Source: the human T2T-CHM13v2.0 reference genome, Homo sapiens
Length of the DNA stretch: 64,000 nt
Reading direction: 5' to 3' (one strand)
Assembly: GCF_009914755.1 (NCBI RefSeq)
Contig: NC_060929.1
Below the pieces are notes generated by a model that had not been told where the DNA came from, made no database searches, and saw nothing but the letters and a program-made list of their open reading frames with translations. A program made the translations under genes and the position numbers. Each line of letters starts with the position of its first letter. Position 1 is the first letter of the stretch. Shown one piece after another: positions 1 to 24,206 of the stretch.

Positions 1-765
1 TACTGAAGAAGCCAGAGTTAGCTGAGGTGGAAGAGACAGGGTGGCTATCCCTACTTCACAGATTTGGAAACTGAGACCTAAAGATAAATATGGCATTGGG
101 AGGCCCTTATGCTTCTGTACTTCTTCATGCTTGTAATGATGGTTCAAGATCAAGGGCCTTGGCTCTTTCATTTCCCGCAATAACTAGGTCAGTATTAGTC
201 AGGACTCTGTTACCGAAGATCCAGAACCAGACCTTGAGCTGGCCTGAGGAGTAGAAGGCCTCAGGCATGGCTGGATCCAGCCTCCAACATTGCCAGGAGT
301 AGGTCTCTATCTTCGGATCTGCTTTCCGCTACACTGGCTTCATCTTCAAGTAGAATTTACCAGTAGAAATGGCCTCTTTCTCAGTCATTCTAACCAAGTC
401 CTAGATAGGACAGAGCTCTCACTGGCCCAGCTCAGGCCTCATGCCATCCTTGTGGCCTGGGAAATCAAATGCTCTGGTTGGCCAGGCTTAGGCCCTGTAC
501 CCTCTCTGGTGTCAACCCCATCCAAACCGCAGGGACACAGATTGTGAGGAATGAGGTTTCTCAAGAGAAAAGGCAGGGGCCAGCTACTGGAAGAGGAAAG
601 AGTGGGTGCCAGGAGGCAGAACAGTGGGATGTTGTGACAGGGTCTCTGCCTTCTCATCTGTGAAGTAAGAACGATCATCTCTGTTCCTGCCACCTCCCAG
701 GGCCTTGTGGGACTCAGAGGAGATTGTGAAAGGAGAAGCTGTTTGCAGATGTGAAAAGCCAAGTA

Positions 766-3172
<2,407 letters not shown>

Positions 3173-4419
3173 TTATTCACTTAACATTTGCTAGAATTCA
3201 CTATGTTCCGGCCCCCGTAGCAGGCACCAGGGTCAGCTGAATCATACGCAGTCCCTGCCTTGAAGGAGCCCCCTGCTGGAGGGGCAGATGAGTGAGCACA
3301 GGGAGCTGTGACCGGCTCTAGTGGAGATGTGCGCCAGACACTGCAGGCAAACAAGAGGGCGCCATCCCCTTTGTTTGGGAAGCTCTAAGAATAGAACCCT
3401 GTGATGGGCCTTGAGCTGAGGAGGAAGGGCCCGGGAAAGGGAATGCTATGCGCAGAGGTGCCCAGTATAACATGTCGTATGAAGTCCATGCCACCCCCTT
3501 TGGCAGGTGACAAACTCCCCAGTGAGCCGCTGACCTTCTGAGAGCAGGAGGCTCCAAGAAGCCACGGGGAAGACCCTTCCTTCGTCAGAGACCCAATGCC
3601 TCTATGACTCCTCCTTCTCTTCCTGTCCTTGGCCACCAGCCTGTCCTCCATTTCTGCCCCATCCACCTCTGCTCAAGCGTGGGCTGGCAAAGCCCTGGGC
3701 TTGTGGGCCACACTGCTGCAGGGAACCTCCTGACATCATTAGCCTGGTGGTTCTTCTGAAGGCCCTGTGCCACCACCTTGGTTGCCATGGTAACCGTGGG
3801 GTCAGCTCTGAAGGAGCCAGCCGGCCGGCTGTCCCTGGCAGATGGCGTCATTGTGGAGCTTCAAAGGCCCTTGTCACAGGGCAGCAGATGTGGGGATGAC
3901 GCCAGCACTCAGACACACACGTACACACACGGCACAAAGATCCCTGGGAGCCCTCGGAGGGCGGGGTGGGGCCAGGATGGAAGTGGAGGCACCTGCTGTG
4001 GCTTCTCTTTCTCTCTTTTTAAAAATCAAACACTTGCATGCAAAGCCCCTAAACGGCAAATGGGGGCCTCTGCAAATAGCTCCTTAGAGGGGCTGCAGAT
4101 GAAGAGGGGCTTAGGTCGGGATGTCGTCATGTGGCGGCTGCGGGGCTGGGAGGCAGCTGTGGGTGGGCTGGAGGGAGGGAGGGTAGAGGCAGATGGGGCC
4201 TCCCAGATGCATTGCCAAGTGTTTAGTACCTGGCTGCTTCCAGGTTGCCCCCTCCAGGGTCTCATTGTCCCAAAAGGGCTTGTTTATCCCTAGCCTACAA
4301 CAGTTTTTCCTCCTGGAAGTCTTTAGCCAGGCTTCTTGGAGCTTCTCTCTCTCGGCACGTGGGGCACCTTGCTCAGAGCGATGCTCTGTGCTATATTAGA
4401 ACATTCCAGCGCCAAGGGA

Positions 4420-4680
4420 ATAAACAGATTGTGTTTGACGACATGCAAGTAATCCCCTCCAAAGTGCTCCCCTCCCACACACACATTTGTCCTGTGCCAC
4501 TTGCTGTAGCTCCCTTTTTGAGATTGAGATTGCCTTCAAGTGGGTTGTGGTGACAGACTGGAGGGCTTCAGAGGTGTCAGATCTCTTTCCTTGCATGGTT
4601 TATTTTATTTTGGAGGAACAGCCAGAAGTCACAAAGTGCCAGTTGGGCCAGTATGACCGGGATGGTTTTTGCCCACCAAG
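4420..4680. mobile_element. Possible MARNA (mariner-derived) relic
   Basis: tttgagattgccttcaag...ttttattttggaggaacagccagaagtcacaaagtgccag resembles MARNA from memory. Confidence 0.3.
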
Positions 4681-5040
4681 AAGTACCGGATGGCGATGAC
4701 ACCCTCCCATTGCGTGCTACTCAAAACCTGTCATTCTTGGAGAGTTGCGCAGCTCCCTTAACTCAAGTGGTGCTCAGGGCCCTTGGCCAGGGCTTAACCT
4801 GGGTATGAGGGAGAGTTGCTACAGGGAGCCTCACCCACAGACGTTCCTCTCTGCTGCCCTCTTTCATGCTTTCTAACCTGGGGACTAATCCCCCAGACTT
4901 TAGATTGCCCTGCATGGTTGTCAGGCCTGATGATGACCTCCGCGTCTGACTTACCTGTGTCCCCAGCATCCAGTGAAGGGCCTGACCTGGACACAGGTGC
5001 TCAGAAATGTGTAAGAGGCAGCTGCCTAAAGAAGTGATCA

Positions 5041-5295
<255 letters not shown>

Positions 5296-5962
5296 TCAAA
5301 AAAGAAAAAAAAAAAGGTGATCATATTTTCCCTAGCCAGACAGGATGAGGGAAAAAAGTGATCATATAGCTACCCTTATTAAGCACCTACTATGTGCCAA
5401 GTAATTACATAGTTACCTCTTTTAGCCCCCCCAGCAACCTCTCAAGGTAGATGATTTTGTTCCTGTTTTATAAATGGATTAAACTGAGGCTCAGAGAGGT
5501 GAAAAAACTCATCCAAGATCTCACAGCCAGTAAATGGCAAGGCTCGGACCTGACCCCAGTGCCTGCCTCTGCAACATCCCCTACCCCCAGCACTGTCTCA
5601 GGAGCCTCTATCTTCCAAAACAAGGGCTGTCAGGGGTGTTGCAGCAACAAAGCCCCCAGAAGTCATAGAACTCTTGGTAGGACAGACATCAGGATCATTT
5701 GATACAGTGACTTTCATCCTGGGAATCAGGAAGAACTATTAGAGCAGGAAACAAAGTTTTATTGTGAATATGCATGGTGAAATCACAGCTTCACACAAAC
5801 CATTAAAAAAGCCGACGTCCATCTAAGGCAGATTGGCTGATAGTTTGCAAGTTTTCCTGCCCATATCTAACACCTTTTGTTCACCTGTTTAGGCTTCTGC
5901 AAACATTTGCCAGAAACTAAGGCAGCAAGTGCTGGGGGCAGGGAAGAGGGCAGGGGCATTAA

Positions 5963-6052
<90 letters not shown>

Positions 6053-9000
6053 TGAGACCAGCCTAACATGGTGAAACCCCGTCTCTACTAAAAATACAAA
6101 ACTTAGCCAGGCGTGGTGGTGCACACCTTTAATCTCAACTACGTGGGACGCTGAGGCAGGAGAATCGCTTGAACCAGGAGGTTGCAGTGAGCCGAGATCG
6201 TGCCATTGCACTCTAGCCTGGGCGACAGAGCAAGACTCCGTCTCAAAAAATAATAATAATAAAAAATAAAAAAAAGAATTGACAAGAGACAAACTTCAAA
6301 CTGAGAAGGTTCTACCCACTAAGATGATGTGAGTTGGAAAAATGACCATCTTGGCCCTGGGGTGGCAGGAGAGCCTTCCCAGCTCCCATATGCCGCCTCG
6401 GTTCTCTCCTCTCTGCCCCCGCTACCCTGCTCAGGGTTCCCTCGGTGTCTCTCTTCCCTGGACCACAAGCACCAGGGAAGCTCCACGAGCTCCAGGTTTA
6501 GTCATCTCTGGTCTCCAGATCCAGTGCATCAATGTGGGTAATAAATAGGTGTCAAACAATGAGCACATAGAAGGAGAGGTGTACACCTTGGTCCACCCCC
6601 AACCAAGAAGATTTCTGTTATTGGAGGGACAGAACAGAACCCATATTAGGAGCTTGGTGATTCAGGTCTGGAAATGTGCAAAACGCTTCAGTTCAGATCC
6701 TTCCGTGGTATTCCAAGCTGAACTAGATCTTCAAGAAGGTGTTCCAGAGACAGATTGCTCCAAACTGGGTCTGTACAGAGAGGGGCCTCCTGGCGCGTGC
6801 GTTCCCAGAGCAGGTTCGGAGGCGGAAGAGGAACGTGAGACCGAGTGGGCTCCATTTTGCACACCAGGCTGGTTTTTATAGTTGCAGAGCTTCTGACTTC
6901 CAACACTTTGCTGACGGGGACCCCTTAGGTCAGGATATTTGCTACGTAAACCTTAACAGAATTGAGAAGACAGATTCCCTGCATGGAAGCTATCTGTACA
7001 TGAAGAGAGGGGCTAGGAAGAGTCTTCCGGCTGGGAATGAGGGCAGGTGGGCTAACAGAAAAAGCAGGCCCTTTGCAGCCTCCCAAACCTGGCTTCTAGT
7101 GATCCTTGCTTACTCGGTAGCCCTGTGACTGTGGACAAGTCATTCCCTCTCTGACCCTCTGTGTCCTTGTCTGTGAAATGAGGGTCACCTAGCAGTGGCA
7201 AGGATTGAATGAGAAAAGAGGAGAAGGTGCCATCTCAGACCCAGCACATAATAGGTGCTCAACCAAAGTGAGGTTCTTGCGAGGTGGGGTGGATGGGTAT
7301 TTTGCAGCCCATAGGAATTGTAAAAATGTCAGCGGGAGGCCTCTCCCCAGGCCCCCGGAGCTCTGGAAGGCCTGATACCACACGCTCTCCTCCCCCACCC
7401 CCAGCCTTTCCAGGGCCCAGTCAACCACTTCCCTTCCCCGACTACACCCCCCACCTCTGCCTCCTCCACGACTTTGGTGTTCTCATCCCCGGCTCCAGCC
7501 TGTCTGCCGCTGCTGGAGCCTGATGAGACTCCAATTCATTATTTATTTCCTCATGCGGCGCCTCCTCCACACGCTTTTAAAGCAGTGCTGACTGAACGGG
7601 GAAAGTGACTGAACAGTTCCTGGGCACTTAGGGTACAGCAGGCAGCTGGACAGTGTCATCCCGGTCCCTGCAGTGGGCCCCATTCTACAGATGGGGCAAC
7701 TGAGGCTCAGAGAGGTAAACTGGCTTTCCCAGCCAGGGCCACAGAGCTGGGATTGGACCGCAGGAGTGTTTACTCCAAAGCCCACAATCTCGCCTCCCAC
7801 GGCGGTGTGTATGGTGCTTCTCCATTGCACGCTATGGGAGAGTAATGGGGAGGGGAGTAATGATGCACTGGGAAGGCGTTCGTGCTGGTGGAAAAACAGG
7901 CATTTAGTTCCCGCTCCAGTGCGGCTGGAACACATCCTTCTCATATTATAAGGAATTAAGAACCATAATGAAAATGTAAGGGAAACACACACGCACCCCT
8001 TTTAAAGGTAGACAAGCTGACTTCATTCTAGTCACAGTGGAAGGCCAAGAAGCTGACGGGACCCCTGGGAGGAAGTTGCTGGTGGGAACAGAGGGGCATT
8101 ATCGGATGACGTCTGATGAATGCCACTTCCTGCACTGCCCTCAGACTCACTGGGGCCCAGGTATTGAATTGTCCTTGTTTTTGTTTCTGGAGCTGTGGCT
8201 GCTGCCCAGAGCAGTGGTGCATGCACTGGCCGAGGTGGCCCTCCCTGGCTCAGTGACCCTGCTCCCTCATCCCCGACGGGGAAGATCCCACCCTAGGTTG
8301 TCTCTGAGCCTTGAGGCCTGGTTGGGAGATACAAGAGCGTGGCAGTGGCAAGGGACCAAGCCACTCTCAGTCAATGCCACCACAGTCCTAGGGGGTGAGG
8401 ATTAGTCTTCCTTTTTTTTTTTTTCTGAGACGGAGTTTCACTCTTGTTGCCCAGGCTGGTGTGCAGTGGCACGATCTTGGCTCACTGCAACCTCCACCTT
8501 CTGAGTTCAAGCAATTCTCCTGCCTCAGCCTCCTGAGTAGCTAGGATTACAGGCACCTGCCACCACGCTCAGCTAATTTTTGTATTTTTAGTAGAGACAG
8601 GGTTTCGCCTTGTTGGCCAGGCTGGTCTCGAACTCCCCACCTCAGGTGATCCACCCACCTCGGCCTCCCAAAGTGCTGGGATTACAGGCGTGAGCCGCCG
8701 CACCCGGCCAGTCTTCCCATTTTTAAAAGCCAGAAAACTGAGGCACTGGGAGCTAGGGTGGCACAAGAGCACATGGATGAGAGGAGTCCAAGCCAATTCT
8801 GCCAGCCTCCAAAGCCCAGGCCCTCTATGGCATCGCTTTCCAGGTGCAGGGTCTCCAGGCACAGCAACTTAGTGGAGAGGGGCACCTGCTGCCTGCCCCG
8901 TCCAGGGTCTCCCCCTCCAGGCCCACCTTTTCATCAGCACTGCCTTCCCCACGCCCCCGGCTGACACCCCTGAGCGAGTCACCTTTGCCGCTGCCTTGGG

Positions 9001-9642
9001 TGTGGAACCCTGTGCCTTTCCTGAGTAGTCATTCATTCCCTCACTCTGGAACCCACCCATTGGCTCCTCATTCTTTCTCTCACTCCTTTATTTATTCAAC
9101 AAACACGTCTTGTGCACCTCCCATGTGGTCAGTTGTGTCTGCTATCTTCTCTCCCTTGGGCATTCAGGAAAATGAGAGTTTTCCCAATAGGCTTGAGGTG
9201 GTGAGATTCAGGGAGCTCCCTCACTGGCCAAAGGATGGAACCCACCTCTGGCCTAAGGTGCTTTGCCCCACAAGGATGTTCTTCATCACAAACACATCTT
9301 GGCAACTGCCTGAGGGAACAGGACACCCTGTCTGGGCCTCAGCTACCTGTTCTGTTGAATGGGTTGCTGTGTAACTTCAGAGGGCCCTTAGAGTGCGTGG
9401 GCCCCCAGCGGCCACAAAGAATCTGCCTGCGGTGCTGGGACACTCTTGCGGTCCTGTTCCTGTATGACTCGTCTTGCCTTCTGCTAAAAGTGCCAGAGAG
9501 AGAATGGAAGTTGAGACCCAAAGGCGTGCTCTGGGGAATAAGTAATATTTTACTGATTTTTCTGGTTAAAGTGGGTCTCAGGTTGAGACAATCCCATTTC
9601 TTGGCCATAAGGTTAGAGCCTTCCAGTGAACTGAAAGATTAA

Positions 9643-10053
<411 letters not shown>

Positions 10054-11921
10054 TGAAGAAACTGAGGCCCAGAAAGGCTCTCCCACGGCTAGAATTAGTA
10101 AGTGATGCCACGATGCAGCCTCCAAAGGCTGGGTGCTCTCTGCTGCCATGGCAGGAAAGCCGGGTGGACTCCCCAGCCCTCACCTCATGCCACCCTCACC
10201 ATGTCCAGCAGGGAGGTGCACACCTCCCAGCCCCAGCTTTGTCCTGGACTCCCCTGGAGAGGCCCAGCTCTCCTCGCTCCTCTGTGTGAACAGCAACAGG
10301 CTGTGGGAACTAAGTGTCACGACTGCAATTTGCTTTCTTTTCAGTTTCATTCATTAGTGTTCCTCCCAGGCCCCATCCCCACAGCCCAGGGAAATGCCAA
10401 TCAGCGTCTTCCCTCCTGCCAGCGGCACCCCTGCCCTCCCCTCCGTGAGTTCCTGAGATCCCGCCAGCATCTCCTCCAGCTTCAGAATATCTGCTGTTGG
10501 ATCCCATTGTTCCCACATCATCCCAGGAATCCTAAATGGCAAAGCCTGTCATCTTGCTGCCGCCCATGTAGGGCCTGAATTCCAAGGCAGACACACCACC
10601 TGGCACAGCCTTGTGGCTGCATCTCCCCATGTTCCAGAAGGTATGGTGACCTTCTAAGACGAGGGACAGCCATGACCAGCCACTTCCCTGAGCGAGTTCA
10701 GGTGTGAGAACGCCCTGGCACTGGGCATTTCTGAATCTTTCCATATGTCAGAATCCAGGAAGTGCCAGTCCTGGGAGCACCAGAACCCTCTCCTGTGACT
10801 CTACGTCACCTCATGCCAGTCACCTCCTACTGACTGCCAGTGTGTCAGGGAGGCCTGAAGGATGAGAGATAAAATAATGAAAGCAGGGCCGTGGCAATGT
10901 GGGCCTGGCCACTAGAGTTCTCTCAGCATTTTTTTTTTTTAAGTCACGGGGCCAGGCATGGTGGCTCACACCTGTAATCCCACCACTTTGGGGAGGCCGA
11001 GGCAGGCAGATCACTTGAGGTCAGGGGTTCGAGACTATCCTGGCCAACATGGTAAAACCCAGTCTTTACTAAAAATACAAAAATTAGCTGGGCATGGTGG
11101 TGGGCACCTGTAATCCCAGCTACTTGGGAGGCTGAGGCAGGAGAATCACTTGAACTCAGGAGTGGAGGTTGCAGTGAGCCGAGGTCACCCCATTGCACTC
11201 CAATCTGGGCGACAAGAGTGAGACTCAATCTCAAAAAAAAAAAAAAAAGAAAGACATGATCTTGCTCTGTCACCTAGGCTGGAGTGCAGTGGTGCAATCA
11301 TAGCTCACTGCAGGCTTGACCTCCTGGGCTCAAATGATCCTCAGCCTCAGCCTCCAGAGTAGCTGGGACTACAGCCACCACACCTGTCCAATTTTTTTAT
11401 TTTTTGTAGAGATGGGGATCTCACTGTTTTGCCCAGGATGGGCTCAAGCTCCTGGACTCAAGCAACCCTTCCATCTCCCGAAGTGCTGAGATGACAGGCA
11501 TGAGCCACTGTGCCCAGCTGAGTTATCTCAGCTTTGAGGAAACCCCCCTGGAATGTGTGAGGATTTCCCCTCCCCTCACCTCCTCAAGTGAACAGTGACC
11601 AGCCCCTTCAACAGATGCGGGGTGATGGGGGCACGTTGAGCAAAATCAGTAGATACTCATAGGTAGTCTGCCTCAGGGTTCCCCCTTAGCCTTCAGGCTT
11701 GCAGTCACTCACCCTGTGACTGAGCCAGTTGCATAGCAGTTTCCATGCCCCAGGGCCTCAGTTTCCCCTCAGGCGATGTGCTTTCCTGTGTACCTCAATA
11801 CACACATTGTCTCCCTCTGGTCTGGGCCAGCCCCATGAAAGGAGAGTTGAGACTGGGTGCCAGGTGTCTGTGAGTCATAAGCATTTGGGTTCCAAATTGT
11901 GTGTAGATGAATACAGATGTG

Positions 11922-11924
<3 letters not shown>

Positions 11925-11958
<34 letters not shown>
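11925..11958. repeat. (TG)n microsatellite
   Basis: About 16 perfect TG units. Confidence 0.95.
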
Positions 11959-11959
<1 letters not shown>

Positions 11960-12781
11960 TTATTTTTTATTTTTTGCTTCATTGCACGTAAGTCACATTT
12001 TCCTATCTTCTGATCCAAGCTCTAAAAGCGTTTTGTGGTATAAAATCTCCCATCATCTGATCCACTCTACCGAAATAAACCAGCTCCCCTGCCGTCATCT
12101 TCCCTGAAAAGTCCCCCTGCGTCATGTTCTGAGGCCGGCAGGGAGGGGCCTTGCCCACTTAAAACACTTCACCATAATCCCCCCAGCGCCCCCAGTCCTC
12201 TCCACTCCCTGGGGGGCCGCTCCGGTTTCCTGGGCTGTTATTACTGGAGGACCAGCTGCTACCCTGCCACCCATCCATACAGACCTGGTCTGTCCATCCT
12301 GGGCCTCACAGGCCCCCGCTTAGCTCATCTCATGGAAATATCATTTAAAAAAATAAACACTGGTTTGATTCGCACTTCCCTCTCGCCTTTGCTATGTCTC
12401 CCAGCCTCCCACCACTGGGCACCAGTTCATCTATTAAGGTGTTCTTGGCTCCCAGAGTTCCCCACAGGTTGCAGGTCAGTAGCTGGCCGTCCACCTGTGG
12501 TGCCTCTGGGGCTGCTAATGTCCTCTGGGGCCACACAACTGTTTATTTCTTCTGAGTCCTGTGGTCATTTAAATGCCCCTTAAATGTGGCATGGGGGAAA
12601 GAGTGAGTGCCACATGCACTGTGTGACCTCGGACAAGTTACTTCCCTCTCTGTACCCCATGGGTACCTCAGTGAAGAGGCATCTCCTTCATGGGCTGTAG
12701 GGCTCCTGCTGCTCCGAGGCCTATGGCTGCTCCTAGGATGGGAGGTGTTGGTTCTTATAAATGACATAAAGTAGATGCTCA

Positions 12782-12934
<153 letters not shown>

Positions 12935-13624
12935 TTAAAAATTAAAAAAAATTAGCCAGGCATGGTGGCATCACCTGTAATCCTGGCTACCCCGGAGGCT
13001 GAGGCAGGAGAATCACTTGAACCTGGGAGTTGGGGTCTGTGGTGAGCTATGATCACCCACTACACTGCAGCCTGGGTGACAGAGTGAGACCCTGTCCCTA
13101 CAAATAAGTTTCCTTGCAAACCTTCTGTGAACTTCATTTGTCTTCCATCATCCATGCTTTGATTCTCTGAAGTCATCAGAAGGCAATTTGTAGGCCATAA
13201 CATTTTGAGTAAAACATAACATTAGTTTGATTAGTCCCAAATGGTGTTCTGACAACTGCAAAGCTTTGTGATTCAATCAGGTGGGTGTTTTGTGCCTGAG
13301 AAGCAACAGGGTGTCACATTAAGAGCACAGACTCCAAAGTTTTGAACCCCTATTCAGCCACTTGCTGTGGCATTGGACGAGGGATTCAGGGTCTCTGTGC
13401 CTCAGTTTCCTTGGCTGTGAAATAGTCTAAGAATAGTACCTACTGCCTAGGGTTGAGCTGGGGATTCACTGGGGTGGTAGGCATGGAGCACTGTAACCCA
13501 CCTGGCCCAGGGAAGGTGCTGTGTAAGTACTGTGTATTTTGTTGTGGTTAGTATATTATGATGTGGCAGACAGTTATGAAGTACAGACATAACAGGTGAC
13601 ATTCATTATCCTCCTGCTACCGCC

Positions 13625-14207
<583 letters not shown>

Positions 14208-14754
14208 TTATTGGTATGATTATTTGCTTACTACCCATCAAGTCCCAGGATGCCATTTCTTGGCTGTGTGACCTTGGGCCCCTGGGACTGCCTTTCAGAA
14301 CCTCCATTTCCTTCATCTGCAAATGGGATTGTAAATATGTGATAAATTCAGAGTTGAGGTTAAGACCACAGGCTCCAGAGTTAAGACGTACCTGTGTTCA
14401 AGTTGCATCTCTGCTAGTGGTGAACTTAGGCAAGTCACCTGATGAACCTCAGTTTCCTCCGCTGTGAAATGGGTCTAATAATTCCCTTCCTCATTCAGAG
14501 GGTGAATATGGGAATTAAAGGAGCTCATAATGGTGAAAATTATTTTATTATTATTAAATCCACCATCCAACAACTGGTTTTCTTTGAGCCCTAAGTATGT
14601 TCCGGACTTGGTGACTATGTAGTGGGTATTATGGGCTTAACGGGCAATGTCTGCCTTGCAGAGCCCATCATCTCATGATGTGGGAGGGGTCTGGCCTGGT
14701 TCATCCTCCAGCACTGACTTCTGACACTCCCACCCCACCCCTGCCCTCTTGCAG

Positions 14755-14862
14755 ATCTGTGCCATCATTGGCGGGACCTTCACCGTCGCCGGCATCCTGG
14801 ACTCATGCATCTTCACAGCCTCTGAGGCCTGGAAGAAGATCCAGCTGGGCAAGATGCATTGA
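14755..14862 (+). CDS. ERGIC1: ERGIC1 (ER-Golgi intermediate compartment protein 1, Erv41/46 family) terminal coding exon
   Basis: Polypyrimidine tract and acceptor (ctgccctcttgcag) followed by ICAIIGGTFTVAGILDSCIFTASEAWKKIQLGKMH-TGA, the recognised ERGIC1 C-terminal TM helix and tail. Upstream exons lie before the window, so 1-14754 is the last intron. Confidence 0.95.
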   Translation: MCAIIGGTFTVAGILDSCIFTASEAWKKIQLGKMH

Positions 14863-16730
14863 CGCCACACCCAGCCTAATGGCCGAGGACCCTGGGCATC
14901 GCCAGCCTTGCCTCCAGTGCCCTGTCTCCTTTGGCCCTCAATCTGGTCCCAAATCTGGCTGTGTCCCAAAGGGTGTGTGGGAAGTGGGGGGAAAGTAGAG
15001 GATGGCTCGATGTTTTGCAGCTACCTCTTTTCCCCGTGTTTCTTTTTAGACAAATTACACTGCCTGAAGTTGCAGTTCCCCTTTCCCTGGGGAGCCCCAA
15101 GAACAGAGTCAGGCAAGGGGTGGGGAGTCCAGGGATCTTGGGGACCCCTCCTAGGAGAGCTGCAGTCTCTTCCCTCAGGGGAACATCCCAGAATGCATAT
15201 CGATCAGCTCTCAGCCAGGCTTCGACAATCTCGCAGCCCCCACTAGGTGGACACATTAATGATTTGGTTTCTCCCCTGGGCAGCCAACCTGCCCCAGAGG
15301 CACCAGACCTGGGCTTTCAGCTTTGGGACCAGGCTGCCCAAAGGTACTCCTTTATACACCCGGCACCTTCCACGAAAGATGGTACTTCCCAAGCAAGCCC
15401 CTATGATTTGTCACTATAGATGGAACCCTGACTTCTGCCCCATCCCTTCCTGCCCAACCTAGAACCCAGGCCTCAAGTCTTTACCCCACCCCTTTCTTGT
15501 TCTTCCAAGAAGCAGATGCCCAGTTGCTCAGCAGCAGCGGTAGAGACTTGAATCTGCCCACCAGTCACAAGGCGGGTCACAGATTCCTCTTCCTCTCTTC
15601 TCCTCGTTCCTCTGAACCCTCCACCAATGTGCCTCAGCCTGTGTGCTGTGTGGCAACAGCATTCTGGTTCCCACTGCCAAGATCTCCCACCACTCTGCTG
15701 GGATCTGCAGTGGCAGGGAGTGGGGGTTGTGTAAAGGGGAAGTCATCTTTTGAGATCCAGATAGACATGGTTTGTGCACTTACGTCCAGATGGGAAGCAT
15801 CCTTCCTGCAACCCTAAAATAATCATGCAGCCTCTCAGACGGACGCCATCGGTCCCAAGGCCTTAGGTGGAGGAAGCAAAGCAGGCCAGGCCTGTCCTGT
15901 CCGTGGACCTCTACCTTCTGGACTCCCTACGGGTGCAGAGCACTTGGGTTTCTCTACAGCCATCGTGGCCCACTTGACACTGTGCTCCTCCATCAGCTGG
16001 TCACATGCCAACACGTTCCCAGCCCCTGAGGCAGCTCCAGGGTGCCCCACCTGCTCCTGAGGTGGGTCCCTACCCTGCTGCTCCTCTTCATCCTTTCCCT
16101 TTTGTCCTGAAAGGGAGGAGCAATGGTCCAGGCATTAATTCCACCCAGGGAATTTTAGCTATGCCCTCATGTCCCAGGGAGAGAGCCACACGCCTGTTTT
16201 CCATTTATAGCAAGATTGTTTGCATACTTTTGTAATGAAGGGGAGTGTCCAGTGGAAGGATTTTTAAAATTATCTTATGGATAGCTCAAGTCTCTGCCAT
16301 TTGTAATTTTTGGCTCTAAGCTCCGATTGGAGACGCTTCTCCTTGTGCATGTGAGTTGACTGATGTTGTGAGTGTAAATGCATTTGGTTATTTCTGGTAT
16401 CGGTGGCCACTTGGATGGATTTTTTTACATTCTGTTCCCCAGTTACAGGAAGGAGTCCCTTTGGTGTGTGAATATGTGTGCCTGTAGAGGGTGGGGCAGG
16501 GTGGGGTGGGGATGGAAATGTGTGGCATGCGCATGAGTTGAAATTCTTTTATGCATTTTTTTGAAGAAAAAAAAAAAAACAACTCTGAGGACATAGGGGA
16601 TGTCAGTTTCCTATGGAAGAGACACCTCTGACCCGTTATTCTTATAATCAAAATCTGAAGGGAAAAAAATGTTTTAGTTCTTTCCCCACTCGTTGGGTTC
16701 AACTAGATTAAAAGGCTGATTTTCAGAAAT
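14863..16730 (+). other. ERGIC1: ERGIC1 3' UTR
   Basis: About 1.9 kb free of Alus after the stop codon, ending at an ATTAAA hexamer at 16707-16712. The 3' end is approximate. Confidence 0.75.
16707..16712 (+). terminator. ERGIC1 polyadenylation signal (ATTAAA)
   Basis: ATTAAA at the end of the repeat-free UTR, followed by GT/T-rich sequence (tatggtgtgattctttct). Confidence 0.65.
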
Positions 16731-16874
16731 ATTATGGTGTGATTCTTTCTACCTTGACTGGGGCTGGGTGACCCAAAGGCTGGAATCACAGCCAGAATGG
16801 AATTCACTTCTAGAGGAGAGAAGGTAGAAGAGTTGAAAAGGAGATCTGTGAGGATGATCAGAAAGTCAAACCCC

Positions 16875-23487
<6,613 letters not shown>

Positions 23488-23489
23488 TC

Positions 23490-23534
23490 ACTTCCGGCCC
23501 TGCGCACTCAGGGTCTGAGGCAGCTAGTAGCCGG
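23490..23534 (+). other. RPL26L1: RPL26L1 noncoding exon 1 (start approximate)
   Basis: Consensus donor CGG|GTGAGT at 23535 just downstream of the ETS/NRF1 cluster. It pairs with the acceptor ccctttgtag|AG at 23930. Confidence 0.7.
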
Positions 23535-23930
23535 GTGAGTGGAGGCTGGAGTTTTCTCGGACAGTGAACTCTACCGCCCCGTGAGACCCTGCCCTATGTG
23601 TCGCGGGAACACATGTCACCCCACAGCTCTCTTTGAGTGACCTCCCGACCACCCATTCCTGCCTAACCCTAGCATTCCTTCCTCAGCCTCAAGGTCCCAG
23701 TGCTACCCTCTCCCCCACGACCCCTTTAGACGGGCATGCGACCTCCACACACGCCTCACTTTATGTGATAGTCAGACTAGTCGCATCTCTCTGTCCTCCC
23801 TCAGTTGCCTTTTCAGAGGCTACCTCCCCTGTAGAGCCTTTGTTGGGGGATGAGGAGTGTCTTGGGTCGAGAACAGGCCCCTGTAACCCACTGAGCGCCC
23901 CTTCATTCCGTCTCTCTCCGCCCTTTGTAG

Positions 23931-24206
<276 letters not shown>

